From Thermoplasmatales archaeon ex4484_6 (lineage in GTDB: Archaea > Thermoplasmatota > Penumbrarchaeia > Penumbrarchaeales > Penumbrarchaeaceae), in assembly GCA_002254385.1 (NCBI GenBank), contig NJDO01000001.1:1-45733 (forward strand): a DNA stretch of 45,733 bases, read 5' to 3'. A program made the translations under genes and the position numbers. Below, in pieces: positions 36,787 to 45,733 of the stretch. The first letter of the stretch is position 1, and each line of letters opens with the position of its first letter. The notes below the pieces were generated by a model. That model was given only the letters and a program-made list of their open reading frames with translations. It searched no databases and was not told where the DNA came from.

Positions 36787-38001
36787 ATGACACGTTCTCC
36801 CGTTCGGCGGTCCGGAAGCAGTGTTCGCATTACGATAACCGTGTCCTTCCTCCTCGCCGTCCTCGCTTCTGTCCTGTTCCTTTGCACATCCCCCTCGGAA
36901 GGTCATGCTCCGTCGGACATGGAGCTCGAGTACGATTACGGGTCCCAGGTGCTCTCCGTTACCATCACTCACACTACACCCGCACCTTCCTCGCATTACG
37001 TGGAAACGGTGGACGTCTACCGGAACGACATCCTCGTTCTGGAAGAGCATTACGACAGTCAGCCGGATCCCAGGACGTTCACCTACGAGTACGAGGTGAC
37101 CGCGGTCGACGGGGACATTCTCAGGGTTCATGCAGAATGCAGCATTCAGGGGTCCATCGAGGATGAGATAACCGTTGAAGGACCCAGGGAATACATGTAT
37201 CTCTCCGTCAATCCCACCCCGGAGGAGGTGGAGATGGGTTCCGAACTCGATCTGACCGTCAACATCTACACCGAAGAGGATGACATGCCCCTGGATGGCG
37301 TATCCGTCATCCCCCGGGTGGATTTGGGCCTTGTTTCAGAGGTTTCCGAACTGGGCCTCGGGGGGTACGCTTTCACATATTCGGCTCCGGATCTGGAGTC
37401 GGAGGATATAGAGGTCCTTAACCTCTCATGCACGAAGAACGGTTACCATCCCCTCTATTTCGAAATATCGTTCGATCTGGTCCTTTCGATCGATGATTCG
37501 AGAAAGATAGAGATAGCAATGGACCCCTGGATCTACGGCATCGATGAGGGAGAGACGAGGGAGATCAACGTCGTGGTGACTGCAGGAGGCGAACCTCTGG
37601 ACATAGGAACGCTGGATGTGGATTATTCCAAGGGCTCCCTCGATGTTGAGAAGATCGGTGTGGGGATGTTCAGATTGACCTACGAGGCCGCTCATGTGGA
37701 TGCCGATACCTCGGCCTTCATCAGGGTCTCTGCATCAATGATTGGTTACAGGTCCGACGAGAGAAGAATGGAGTTCGTCATCAGGGACACGGGCAGCACC
37801 GGGGAGGAACCTGCGGATGGCGGGGGTCCGGCCCCTTACACATGGGGGTTGGTCGCTTTGGCGGCCGGAGCCATACTGGTCACGGCATCCCTGGTATTCC
37901 TGATATATTCAAAAAGGAAGGGCAGAGGGCCGCCCGGTGAGAAGAGAGGAGGACGTGTCTATGAGGCTGTCGAGGTGGAGGAGGTCCAGGAAGACTCCTG
38001 A
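36787..38001 (+). CDS. Secreted, membrane-anchored protein with N-terminal His/His/His/Cys (SOR-like) domain and Ig-like domains
   Basis: Signal peptide ending SEG|HAP; TH...HYV; ECSIQG; C-terminal TM + KRKGR; start ATG 36787 uncertain. Confidence 0.7.
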   Translation: MTRSPVRRSGSSVRITITVSFLLAVLASVLFLCTSPSEGHAPSDMELEYDYGSQVLSVTITHTTPAPSSHYVETVDVYRNDILVLEEHYDSQPDPRTFTYEYEVTAVDGDILRVHAECSIQGSIEDEITVEGPREYMYLSVNPTPEEVEMGSELDLTVNIYTEEDDMPLDGVSVIPRVDLGLVSEVSELGLGGYAFTYSAPDLESEDIEVLNLSCTKNGYHPLYFEISFDLVLSIDDSRKIEIAMDPWIYGIDEGETREINVVVTAGGEPLDIGTLDVDYSKGSLDVEKIGVGMFRLTYEAAHVDADTSAFIRVSASMIGYRSDERRMEFVIRDTGSTGEEPADGGGPAPYTWGLVALAAGAILVTASLVFLIYSKRKGRGPPGEKRGGRVYEAVEVEEVQEDS

Positions 38002-38091
38002 AGGATTGATCATGCAGAATATCAGCAAAGGATTAAATCGGAGATGTACGGATGTACAGATATGTGCCGTCAGGAGGAGGTGTGAGAGCGG

Positions 38092-41000
38092 ATGAGAGTT
38101 CTTTCCATGATGCCAGTGGCCCTTGTCCTCGTTCTCATGTCTCAGAGCACTCTCTCCCTGGGAATTGAGAGATCCCCGGCCGTGGAGGCTCCCCTGTCCG
38201 TATGCTTCGATAATTCCCCGCTCGTGGTGGAAGAGGTCCCGATACAGATAAACAGCGACGTGGAACTCTCTGATGAGGCTTCGGAGAGAGGATGGCGCGG
38301 GAAGGGGACGGTTGACGACCCGTACATCATCAGCAACATCACCCTGGATGTCAGGGGGAAGAACAGGGGTGTGTTCATAGGGAACACAACATCCCACATT
38401 CTTGTTCTGAACTGCTCGATCACGGGTGTGCGGGATGAGGAGCAGTACAAGGGTGCAGGTCTGTGGCTGGTGAATGTTTCACATGTTACAGTGCAAAACT
38501 GCACGGTCTTCGGAAATTACAATGGTATATTTGTGGAGGATTCCAACAACGTCACATTGACCCTTTCCACGATCAGAAACAACACCCGGATAGGAATATC
38601 TTTCGGGGGCCGTGACATCTCGATATCGAACAACAGCATATCCGGAAATCCGGAGGCGGGAATTACATCCATCGCATCCAGGCGGTGCACCATATCCGGA
38701 AATCTCGTATCGGGGTCCGGTTCCGGGTTCGGGGTGATCCTCTATGTCAAGGTATCGGAGATGGAGATATCCAACAATACGGTTTTTCGAAATGCGGGAG
38801 GCATCTGCGTCAGGGGAGATATCGACCTCGAGAACGGGACCTGTGCCATGATATCGAAGAACACCGTGGTGAACAACAGCGGTATGGGAATCTATTCGAC
38901 CTATGCCGAAAGGGTGTTCATCGACGGGAACATCGTCTCCGGGAATGACAAGGGTATAGTCACAGACATCATGGGCTCCGTAACTTCCAATACGGTGTCC
39001 AATTCCACCTCGGTCGGCATATCCGGGGGAGAGAAAACCAGAATTATCCTTAATCGGGTCTTCGGTGTGGGTGGTCCCGGTATCAGTATTTTCGGGAGGT
39101 ATAATGAGGTCCTGTATAATGTGATCACGAACTGCTCCGGCAGCGGCATCAGGGCGATGGCAGGGAGCTCGAACGTGGATTTCAACGTGATATCCACGTG
39201 CGGCGGGAACGGCATCTACGTGGAATCCCGGAACGTATCCCTCTCCGGGAACCTGATGACCGGATGCCGCGGATGCGGTCTCAGCCTGTCAGGTATCGGT
39301 CACCATACCGACGGGAACGTGATCTCGGAAAACGGCGGCCCCGGGATCCATCTCATATCGGGGAATGACATCGTCCTTGAAGCCGATCATGTTTTCGAGA
39401 ACAGGGGGAAGGGGCTTTCCGTCGTTGACGCTTCCAATCTCACACTGCGCCGCGTGGACCTGCATGACAATGACGGGGCCGGGATACATGTCGTGAACGC
39501 ATCCCGGGTGGAATTCGATAACGTGTCCAGTTCCTTCAATACGGGTTCAGGCATCATCGTTGGCAACGGCACCGATGTAACATTTCGGGGATGCAGGATA
39601 TTCTCATCCGGGAACGGCATAATGGTCGGAACCGGGGGGGATCTGAATATTTTTGGTTGTTTCTTTTTCGACCTCGAGGCGGGACTCGTGATCACCCGGG
39701 CTTCCTCGCTCGAGATGTCGAGGAACATGTTCCAGGGCTGCGGTGTATACATTTCAAGTGAGAATCTCTCCTTCCTGGAAAGTGCCAGGGTTGACGGAAC
39801 GAACCTCGTGAACGGCAGGAAGCTCTATCTCGTGAACAGCTCCTATCCCGATGACAGCATTCCCGTCGATGCCGGGCAGGTCATAGTTTTCGGAAGAAGC
39901 GGCATCATGATGGAAGGATTGAACCTTTCCCATTCCACCGTGGGTCTCATGAACGCGGGTGGAAACAACATAACGGTCCGGAACAGCTCGTTCGACCGCA
40001 ACCTCGTCGGAGTGCATTTCAGCGATGTCGGCGGTTTTCGGATCCGGGGATGCAGCTTTGTCCGGACGGGGATCGGTATGGAGACCACGGATTCCCGTAA
40101 TGGTCTGGTGGAGAGATGTTCCTTCAGGGAAGGGGAGGGTCCATCGCTCATCCTCGGGAACGCGACCCGAAATGTCGAGGTTCGCCGGAACCTGTTCCTC
40201 GGTTCCGTCGGCATCACGAGTTATGCCGTGTGGGCCGGAGGAGAGAACAATGTCATCTGGAACAATCAGTTCGTATACAACAGGGGTACGCGGGATGAGA
40301 ACGTGGAGTATCTTCATCAGTCCTATGATGAGGGGAACAACACCTGGTACCTGAACGGGACCGGTAACTACTGGAGGGATCTACATTGTCCGGATATCGA
40401 CGGGGACGGGCTGGTTGAAGCTGTCTATGCTATCGAAGGGCCCGAGATGAGATGGGACCTCTACCCCCTGTCGAGAAGTCCGCTGTTCGAACCTCCGTCA
40501 TTGAGGGTTCAGCCGCTGTCGGATTCCGGATCCGTGCTCCTGTCCTGGGAGAAGCCTGATCTCGAGGGATGGGCGGAGCTCAGGGGATACGGAATATACC
40601 GGATTGTGAACTTCTCCGATCCAGAGCTCATCTTCATCCCGGGGGGCGATTCGACGTCCTATCTGGATGATGAGGTGGAACCCGGGGTGACCTACGGATA
40701 TTCAATCTTTGCAAACAACAGTCTGGTAACTGGTGATAGATCTACTTACATCTCGGTCATGCTGGATACGTTTCCCCCCGATGTGCGGGTCATCTCCCCG
40801 GGTGACGGTGTGGTCATCGGTTCCGACACGGTTCTGGTGGAATGGGTGGGTTTCGACAACGAGAGCGACATCGATCATTACGAGCTGAGATTGGACTTCG
40901 GGGAGTGGTTGAGCAAGGGTCTCCTGACCGAGCATCGGTTCTTCGATCTCGGCGAGGGGATGCACACCATCGAACTGAGGGCCACCGATACGGCGGGACA

Positions 41001-42477
41001 TATCGGCCTGGCGGAATCGAGATTTATCGTGGACATGTCCCCCCCGGCACTTTCGATAATCGAACCGGTGGAGGGACAGCTGCTCTCCTCCAACTGGACC
41101 GAGGTAAGGTGGAATGCCCTTGACGACATCTCCGCCGTGGATCACATCGAATACGATCTGGATGAAAGGGGCCCCGTACCGGCAACCGCCGCGGGGTCGG
41201 TGATGCTCACCGGGCTCTCCGAGGGTCCTCACGAGGTGGAGGTGACCGCCTATGACCTTGCCTCCAATTCAGTCAGCCTGCGTGTAGGTTTCATCGTGGA
41301 TACGGTATCCCCCGTGGTCGAGGTGACGTCACCCGCCGGGGGGGAGATTCTCGGCGTATCCGATGTCATCGTATCCTGGAATGGTTACGATACGGGCACT
41401 GGAATGTTCGGATACCGCTTCAGGCTGGACGATCAGGGATGGATAGATGTGGGTCTTTCACTGGAAAGGAGGCTGTATCAGCTGGACAACGGCCCCCATG
41501 TTGTGAGGATAGCGGCGGTTGACCTTGCCGGGAATACGAACGAGTCCCGGCTTCGGTTCATGATAGACGCACAACCCCCGGTGGTGGTCATCACCTATCC
41601 TGCCGACGGTTCCCATGTTTCCGTTTCCCCTGTCACGGTTATCTGGACCGTGGAGGATGACATCTCCGGGATCAGCGGAGTCTACTTCAGGAAGGGGGAT
41701 GACGATTACGTGAAGGTCGCCTCCGACCGCTATATAATGTCGGGCCTCGGAGAGGGGCGCCATACCATCTATCTGAAAGTGGAGGACGGTGCCGGGAACC
41801 GCAAAGTGGTCTCATCGACATTCACTGTCGATAGGACACCTCCGGGGGTCCTTGGTTTCGGTCCGGTGGGAGAGGACGAGGATATCGATACGACAATCTT
41901 TGCCTACTTCTCGGAGAGGATGGCCCCCTCGAGTCTTGTTCTTGAATTGGAAGGCGTACAGGGAAATGTGGTCTGGAAGGGGGGCAGGGTGGTGTTCGAA
42001 CCTGCAGCTCCCCTCGAACCGGGCAGGGTCTACAACGTGAGCCTCAGGGGACAGGACCTTGCGGGGAATCCCCTGACACCGGTGACATGGAGCTTCAGGA
42101 CCACAACGATGGGGAGGATAAAGGGCAGGGCCGTCGATGAGAGAGGAGTCCCCGTACCCGATGCGGAGCTGATAATGGGAGATGCAAGGGCATCCTCCCG
42201 GCCCGACGGCAGTTTTTTCATGGAGGCCGGTGAAGGAATACACGAGCTGAAGGTGAAGAAGGGCGGTTACAAAACGGCTTCGCTCGAGGTGAACGTCACT
42301 GCGGGCATTCTGATCGACATCGGAACGGTTCACATGGAAAGGGAGGATGACCGCGGAGTGAACCTTCTTGCCATTCTCCTGGTACCTGCAGCCATACTGA
42401 TGATGGTATTGATAGCGGCCGTCATGGGCTCGCTGATAACCAGATACACGATGAACCCGGAGCAGGAGGAAGAGTGA
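38092..42477 (+). CDS. Secreted, membrane-anchored beta-helix + FN3 + Ig-like surface protein (paralog of 1428-4826)
   Basis: GWRGKGTVDDPYII, beta-helix repeats, IPVDAGQVI, GNYWRD, FN3, D..PP Ig repeats, Big_5-like and CarboxypepD-like domains, TM + RYTMNPEQEEE; AGGAGG upstream. Confidence 0.85.
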   Translation: MRVLSMMPVALVLVLMSQSTLSLGIERSPAVEAPLSVCFDNSPLVVEEVPIQINSDVELSDEASERGWRGKGTVDDPYIISNITLDVRGKNRGVFIGNTTSHILVLNCSITGVRDEEQYKGAGLWLVNVSHVTVQNCTVFGNYNGIFVEDSNNVTLTLSTIRNNTRIGISFGGRDISISNNSISGNPEAGITSIASRRCTISGNLVSGSGSGFGVILYVKVSEMEISNNTVFRNAGGICVRGDIDLENGTCAMISKNTVVNNSGMGIYSTYAERVFIDGNIVSGNDKGIVTDIMGSVTSNTVSNSTSVGISGGEKTRIILNRVFGVGGPGISIFGRYNEVLYNVITNCSGSGIRAMAGSSNVDFNVISTCGGNGIYVESRNVSLSGNLMTGCRGCGLSLSGIGHHTDGNVISENGGPGIHLISGNDIVLEADHVFENRGKGLSVVDASNLTLRRVDLHDNDGAGIHVVNASRVEFDNVSSSFNTGSGIIVGNGTDVTFRGCRIFSSGNGIMVGTGGDLNIFGCFFFDLEAGLVITRASSLEMSRNMFQGCGVYISSENLSFLESARVDGTNLVNGRKLYLVNSSYPDDSIPVDAGQVIVFGRSGIMMEGLNLSHSTVGLMNAGGNNITVRNSSFDRNLVGVHFSDVGGFRIRGCSFVRTGIGMETTDSRNGLVERCSFREGEGPSLILGNATRNVEVRRNLFLGSVGITSYAVWAGGENNVIWNNQFVYNRGTRDENVEYLHQSYDEGNNTWYLNGTGNYWRDLHCPDIDGDGLVEAVYAIEGPEMRWDLYPLSRSPLFEPPSLRVQPLSDSGSVLLSWEKPDLEGWAELRGYGIYRIVNFSDPELIFIPGGDSTSYLDDEVEPGVTYGYSIFANNSLVTGDRSTYISVMLDTFPPDVRVISPGDGVVIGSDTVLVEWVGFDNESDIDHYELRLDFGEWLSKGLLTEHRFFDLGEGMHTIELRATDTAGHIGLAESRFIVDMSPPALSIIEPVEGQLLSSNWTEVRWNALDDISAVDHIEYDLDERGPVPATAAGSVMLTGLSEGPHEVEVTAYDLASNSVSLRVGFIVDTVSPVVEVTSPAGGEILGVSDVIVSWNGYDTGTGMFGYRFRLDDQGWIDVGLSLERRLYQLDNGPHVVRIAAVDLAGNTNESRLRFMIDAQPPVVVITYPADGSHVSVSPVTVIWTVEDDISGISGVYFRKGDDDYVKVASDRYIMSGLGEGRHTIYLKVEDGAGNRKVVSSTFTVDRTPPGVLGFGPVGEDEDIDTTIFAYFSERMAPSSLVLELEGVQGNVVWKGGRVVFEPAAPLEPGRVYNVSLRGQDLAGNPLTPVTWSFRTTTMGRIKGRAVDERGVPVPDAELIMGDARASSRPDGSFFMEAGEGIHELKVKKGGYKTASLEVNVTAGILIDIGTVHMEREDDRGVNLLAILLVPAAILMMVLIAAVMGSLITRYTMNPEQEEE

Positions 42478-42482
42478 TCGTC

Positions 42483-45263
42483 TCACTCCTCGCCCCAGTC
42501 CTCCGCTTCCTCCTCATCCCTGTTTCTCGAGAGAAGGAAAAAGAGGAAAACGATGAACACCAGGATCACGATGACGATGACGAGTACCAGTATGATGAGG
42601 CCCCATGATGTCGACGTGTCCCCCTCATCCCGTTCATCACTGCCCTCACCCGTATGTTCGGCATCCCTCACGGTGATTGTAACGTAAAGGGTCGCCTCTC
42701 CCGGGACGCCACTTTCGGCAGTGGCCTTCAGGATGATGTTGTGGATGCCGGGGGCCAGATCATCGATTGGAATATCGTTTCCGAGGTACCAGGTCCCGTT
42801 CACCAGCCACTGCAGCTGGATTTCCCTGTCGTCATCATATGCTGCCGAGAGAAGAACGACATCCCCCCTCTGGTAGATCGCGCCGTAGGCGGGAGAGATT
42901 ATGCGGAGTCCAGCCGGCGGGTACGGCTCCGGTTCCGGCACCTCGGGTGGTCCCTCGACGGTGACATGCCACGAAAAGTTTCTCGCAAACACTCCCGAAC
43001 GGAGGGTCAGCAAGACGTCGAAAGTGCCCTCCTCATCAAGGGGAACCTCCGATACGTTGATCGAGAGAGACGTGGAGTTCTCCACGGTCCGGTTCGGGAG
43101 TTCCCACAGGGAGAACACGGGCGTGTTGTCAGGATCCAGGACATTGTATTCCAATCGAAGGGTCCCGTTCCATGCGGCCGTGATGTTCCCCGGTTCCGGA
43201 ACGACCGATGCATGGAAGGGTCTGTCCACGTCAACTATGGTGACCGACCAGTTCAGGGAGATGTCGAACCCGTCGTCCCTCCCGTCCGAGATGACGACAG
43301 CCACCAGGATCGGAGAGGTCGAGCTCGAGAGGTTCCCGATGAATTCGGTATGAAGGGTGAACCGTTCCGTTCCATTCCATGTCACATTACCCAGTGTCCA
43401 AGTATATGTCAGCTCGTCACCGTCGGGGTCGGTCGCATCCACCATGAACTCGAGCGTATCGTTCTCCAGCACGATGGGTTCATGATCCGGAGGTGAGTAG
43501 TGCTCCAGATTGAGGGGCCTGTTGACATCGAGGACGGTGATGTTGAACATCACAGAGGTTGCCAGGTCCCCGGGGTATGTCTGATTGGAAACCGCGGACA
43601 CGTCGTAGATGAATCGGTAGGGTTCGCCCCTTGACGAGTTGGCGCCGTCGAAAGTGGTGTTGAAATCGATATCATTGTCCATGGAGACCTGTTCTCCGTC
43701 CAGGAACCAGATGCCCGTCAGCGGCACTCCATCCCGCAGCGCTTTCGCGTGGAGGCTGATGTTCTCCCCCTCGCTCAACGTGATATTTCCGGATGGAGGT
43801 GATACATCCCACTCGATCTCGGGTCTGGGAAGGACCGAAAAGGATGTGTGGTCCCCGTTGTTGGTCTCGTTGTATTCGCTGATCATATCCTCCGGGTCGG
43901 CAATCACAATCAGTGAGTAATTGCCCGGTCTGGCAATTGGAAGGTTCTGATAAATCTCCAGAACGGACCTTCCATCGATATGATAACCGTTGTCCATCTC
44001 GATCATCGTGATGTTGTCAATGCCATCATCCATGATGAGCCGAAGGGAAAGGTTCGATACTCCGAAGTTCGAGGGATTCCTTACGGTAATATGGGCCCTG
44101 AACGTATCATCCACGGTCCCGTTGCCTTCGTGCAGCACCTCCAGGTCCCCCGGGAGGATCTCCACATCCCTGGCCTTTGTCGTTACAGTTACGACACCCA
44201 ATCCATCTCCCGTGTTGACGACGGCGACGATCCCGAACGAACCGTGGTCGATGAGGGTCGGGGTGCTGTCCGGGAACATGGGGGCCGTGAGTTCAGCATC
44301 GAAATCCCTGTTTGGAAAGATGAGCATTTTTGTGTAAGCAAGGGTTCCGCCGGGGAAGAAGATATTGACGATCACGTTGGAAGAGGAGACCTCCCCGTGA
44401 ACCGTGAAGTGGGAACCTCCCTCGACCTGCTGCGGGGTTGTGACCGAGAGGTCCACAGCCACACTCCTGGCCCCCCTGTGGTACGAGGAAAGTCTGAACG
44501 GGACATCGATCCCCGTACTTCCCTGGGCAATATGATACCGTCTCTCCACGGAGCGCCCCACGGAGGAGTTGTAGAACAGGACCTCACTGCCATCGAATGA
44601 GACCGGAAGTACACTGAAGGTCCCCGCGGGAACCGTAAGGTTCCTTTCCCGACCGCACGATGCATTGTACTCGAACTGAACAAGGTCTCCCGACCCTCCG
44701 AAAGGTATCCTGGCCGATGTATTGATGTGCCAGGTGTCCCCGTCGGACAGCGGGAAATCGTATTCCTCCATAGGAGGGGAATACTCGTAGCCCATCGGAT
44801 AGTCCCCGTTGATCCCCGGTACGTTCCCGCTCACGGATACGTTCAGTACCGACATGTATACGGAAAGGTCCGCAGCCCTGTTCCAGGTGTAACCGGAAAG
44901 CTCGATGTATATCCTCACCTCGCCGATCAGGGGTATGACCTGCTCACCGGAGATGTTGCCCGATATATTCGAAATATAGACGGGGTCTCCGCTCCCGAGG
45001 AGGTCAAGGGTGAAGAACTCGATGGTGATGTTCATCCAGCCCGACAGGGTCATGGATGCGAGCCCCAGGTCATACTCCACCTCCGTTGTGAAGTTCCAGT
45101 AATCTCCCACCGCCCATGTCGGAACATCCTCTCCGGCTTCCGGATCGAATTCCGGGTCGGGGGCCGTTGCCGGTGTGTTTCCACCGGTGTTCGCGATTGG
45201 GAATGCGTTGGTTGCCAGCAGAAAGAGCGATAGAAGAACGGTTAGATGCAGTGTGTGTTTCAT
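42483..45263 (-). CDS. Secreted, membrane-anchored surface protein (CARDB-like and Ig/PKD-like domains)
   Basis: Signal peptide; PTWAVGDYW, TVPAGTF, ADP...ISEYNETNN (CARDB-like), DPDGD.L.Y.W; TM + RNRDEEEAEDWGEE. Confidence 0.8.
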   Translation of the reverse strand: MKHTLHLTVLLSLFLLATNAFPIANTGGNTPATAPDPEFDPEAGEDVPTWAVGDYWNFTTEVEYDLGLASMTLSGWMNITIEFFTLDLLGSGDPVYISNISGNISGEQVIPLIGEVRIYIELSGYTWNRAADLSVYMSVLNVSVSGNVPGINGDYPMGYEYSPPMEEYDFPLSDGDTWHINTSARIPFGGSGDLVQFEYNASCGRERNLTVPAGTFSVLPVSFDGSEVLFYNSSVGRSVERRYHIAQGSTGIDVPFRLSSYHRGARSVAVDLSVTTPQQVEGGSHFTVHGEVSSSNVIVNIFFPGGTLAYTKMLIFPNRDFDAELTAPMFPDSTPTLIDHGSFGIVAVVNTGDGLGVVTVTTKARDVEILPGDLEVLHEGNGTVDDTFRAHITVRNPSNFGVSNLSLRLIMDDGIDNITMIEMDNGYHIDGRSVLEIYQNLPIARPGNYSLIVIADPEDMISEYNETNNGDHTSFSVLPRPEIEWDVSPPSGNITLSEGENISLHAKALRDGVPLTGIWFLDGEQVSMDNDIDFNTTFDGANSSRGEPYRFIYDVSAVSNQTYPGDLATSVMFNITVLDVNRPLNLEHYSPPDHEPIVLENDTLEFMVDATDPDGDELTYTWTLGNVTWNGTERFTLHTEFIGNLSSSTSPILVAVVISDGRDDGFDISLNWSVTIVDVDRPFHASVVPEPGNITAAWNGTLRLEYNVLDPDNTPVFSLWELPNRTVENSTSLSINVSEVPLDEEGTFDVLLTLRSGVFARNFSWHVTVEGPPEVPEPEPYPPAGLRIISPAYGAIYQRGDVVLLSAAYDDDREIQLQWLVNGTWYLGNDIPIDDLAPGIHNIILKATAESGVPGEATLYVTITVRDAEHTGEGSDERDEGDTSTSWGLIILVLVIVIVILVFIVFLFFLLSRNRDEEEAEDWGEE

Positions 45264-45275
45264 CCGGCTCCCTTC

Positions 45276-45733
45276 CTATGCTTTTTCGGGTACTATCAGG
45301 GACGGGATATTTCTCTTTTTTGACCTCTGGGATATCCATACCCCCGCAAGGAGGATGACACCCGCGGTGATCTGCACCATATCAAGCCGTTCATCGAGGA
45401 GGAGATATCCCATTACCACGGTGAACACCGGAAGCAGGAAAACGTAGAAGGTCACCCGGGACAGCTGATCGCTTCTCAGGACCCGGTACCACATGATGGC
45501 CGCAACCGCGTAAACGCAAACGGACAGGTAGAACAGTGAGAGGAATCCGGTCGGAGAGAGATGAAGGGCCGTCAGGGGCCGCTCCGAACCGAGAAGACGG
45601 AAGATCAGCATCACGGGGAATATCATGGCGGCCCCTATCGCGGAATTCAATCCCAGAAGGGCGACAGGGTCCGCTTTTCTGTCGAGAAGCTTCTTGAGCA
45701 GTATCCCTGCGAAGGAATATGATACCGCGGTCA
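45276..45733 (-). CDS. EamA/DMT family transporter (5'-truncated by the window edge)
   Basis: Frame open to the window end; WYRVL...LLPVFTVVMGYLLLDE.L...I.AGVILLAGVWI. Confidence 0.88.
   Translation of the reverse strand, partial: TAVSYSFAGILLKKLLDRKADPVALLGLNSAIGAAMIFPVMLIFRLLGSERPLTALHLSPTGFLSLFYLSVCVYAVAAIMWYRVLRSDQLSRVTFYVFLLPVFTVVMGYLLLDERLDMVQITAGVILLAGVWISQRSKKRNIPSLIVPEKA

Overview
Archaeal chromosomal window, probably Thermoplasmatota (inferred from eL15, type II GAPDH, TATA-type promoters and gene content). It is dominated by nine secreted proteins with a C-terminal membrane anchor: three beta-helix/Ig proteins, a CarboxypepD/Ig protein, a GH-A glycosidase-like protein, two tandem S8 proteases, a CARDB/Ig protein and a His/Cys-domain protein. 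These are interspersed with housekeeping genes (rpl15e, hutH, birA, gap, CBS, amidohydrolase, HAD phosphatase, KaiC/RAD55-like) and a wbpD/E/B-like amino-sugar cluster with glycosyltransferases. I found no CRISPR array, tRNA, rRNA or mobile element. Most notable: (1) a stand-alone Cas4-like Fe-S nuclease with about 8 transmembrane helices inserted inside the nuclease fold; (2) a recurring 'TM helix - Arg/Lys - short tail - Glu-Glu-COOH' ending on five surface proteins, two of which also share a membrane-proximal domain, suggesting an undescribed sorting or anchoring system; (3) a 41-aa zinc-ribbon gene missed by the ORF track; (4) a structured eL15 leader. All family assignments come from reading motifs by eye; no database searches were run.
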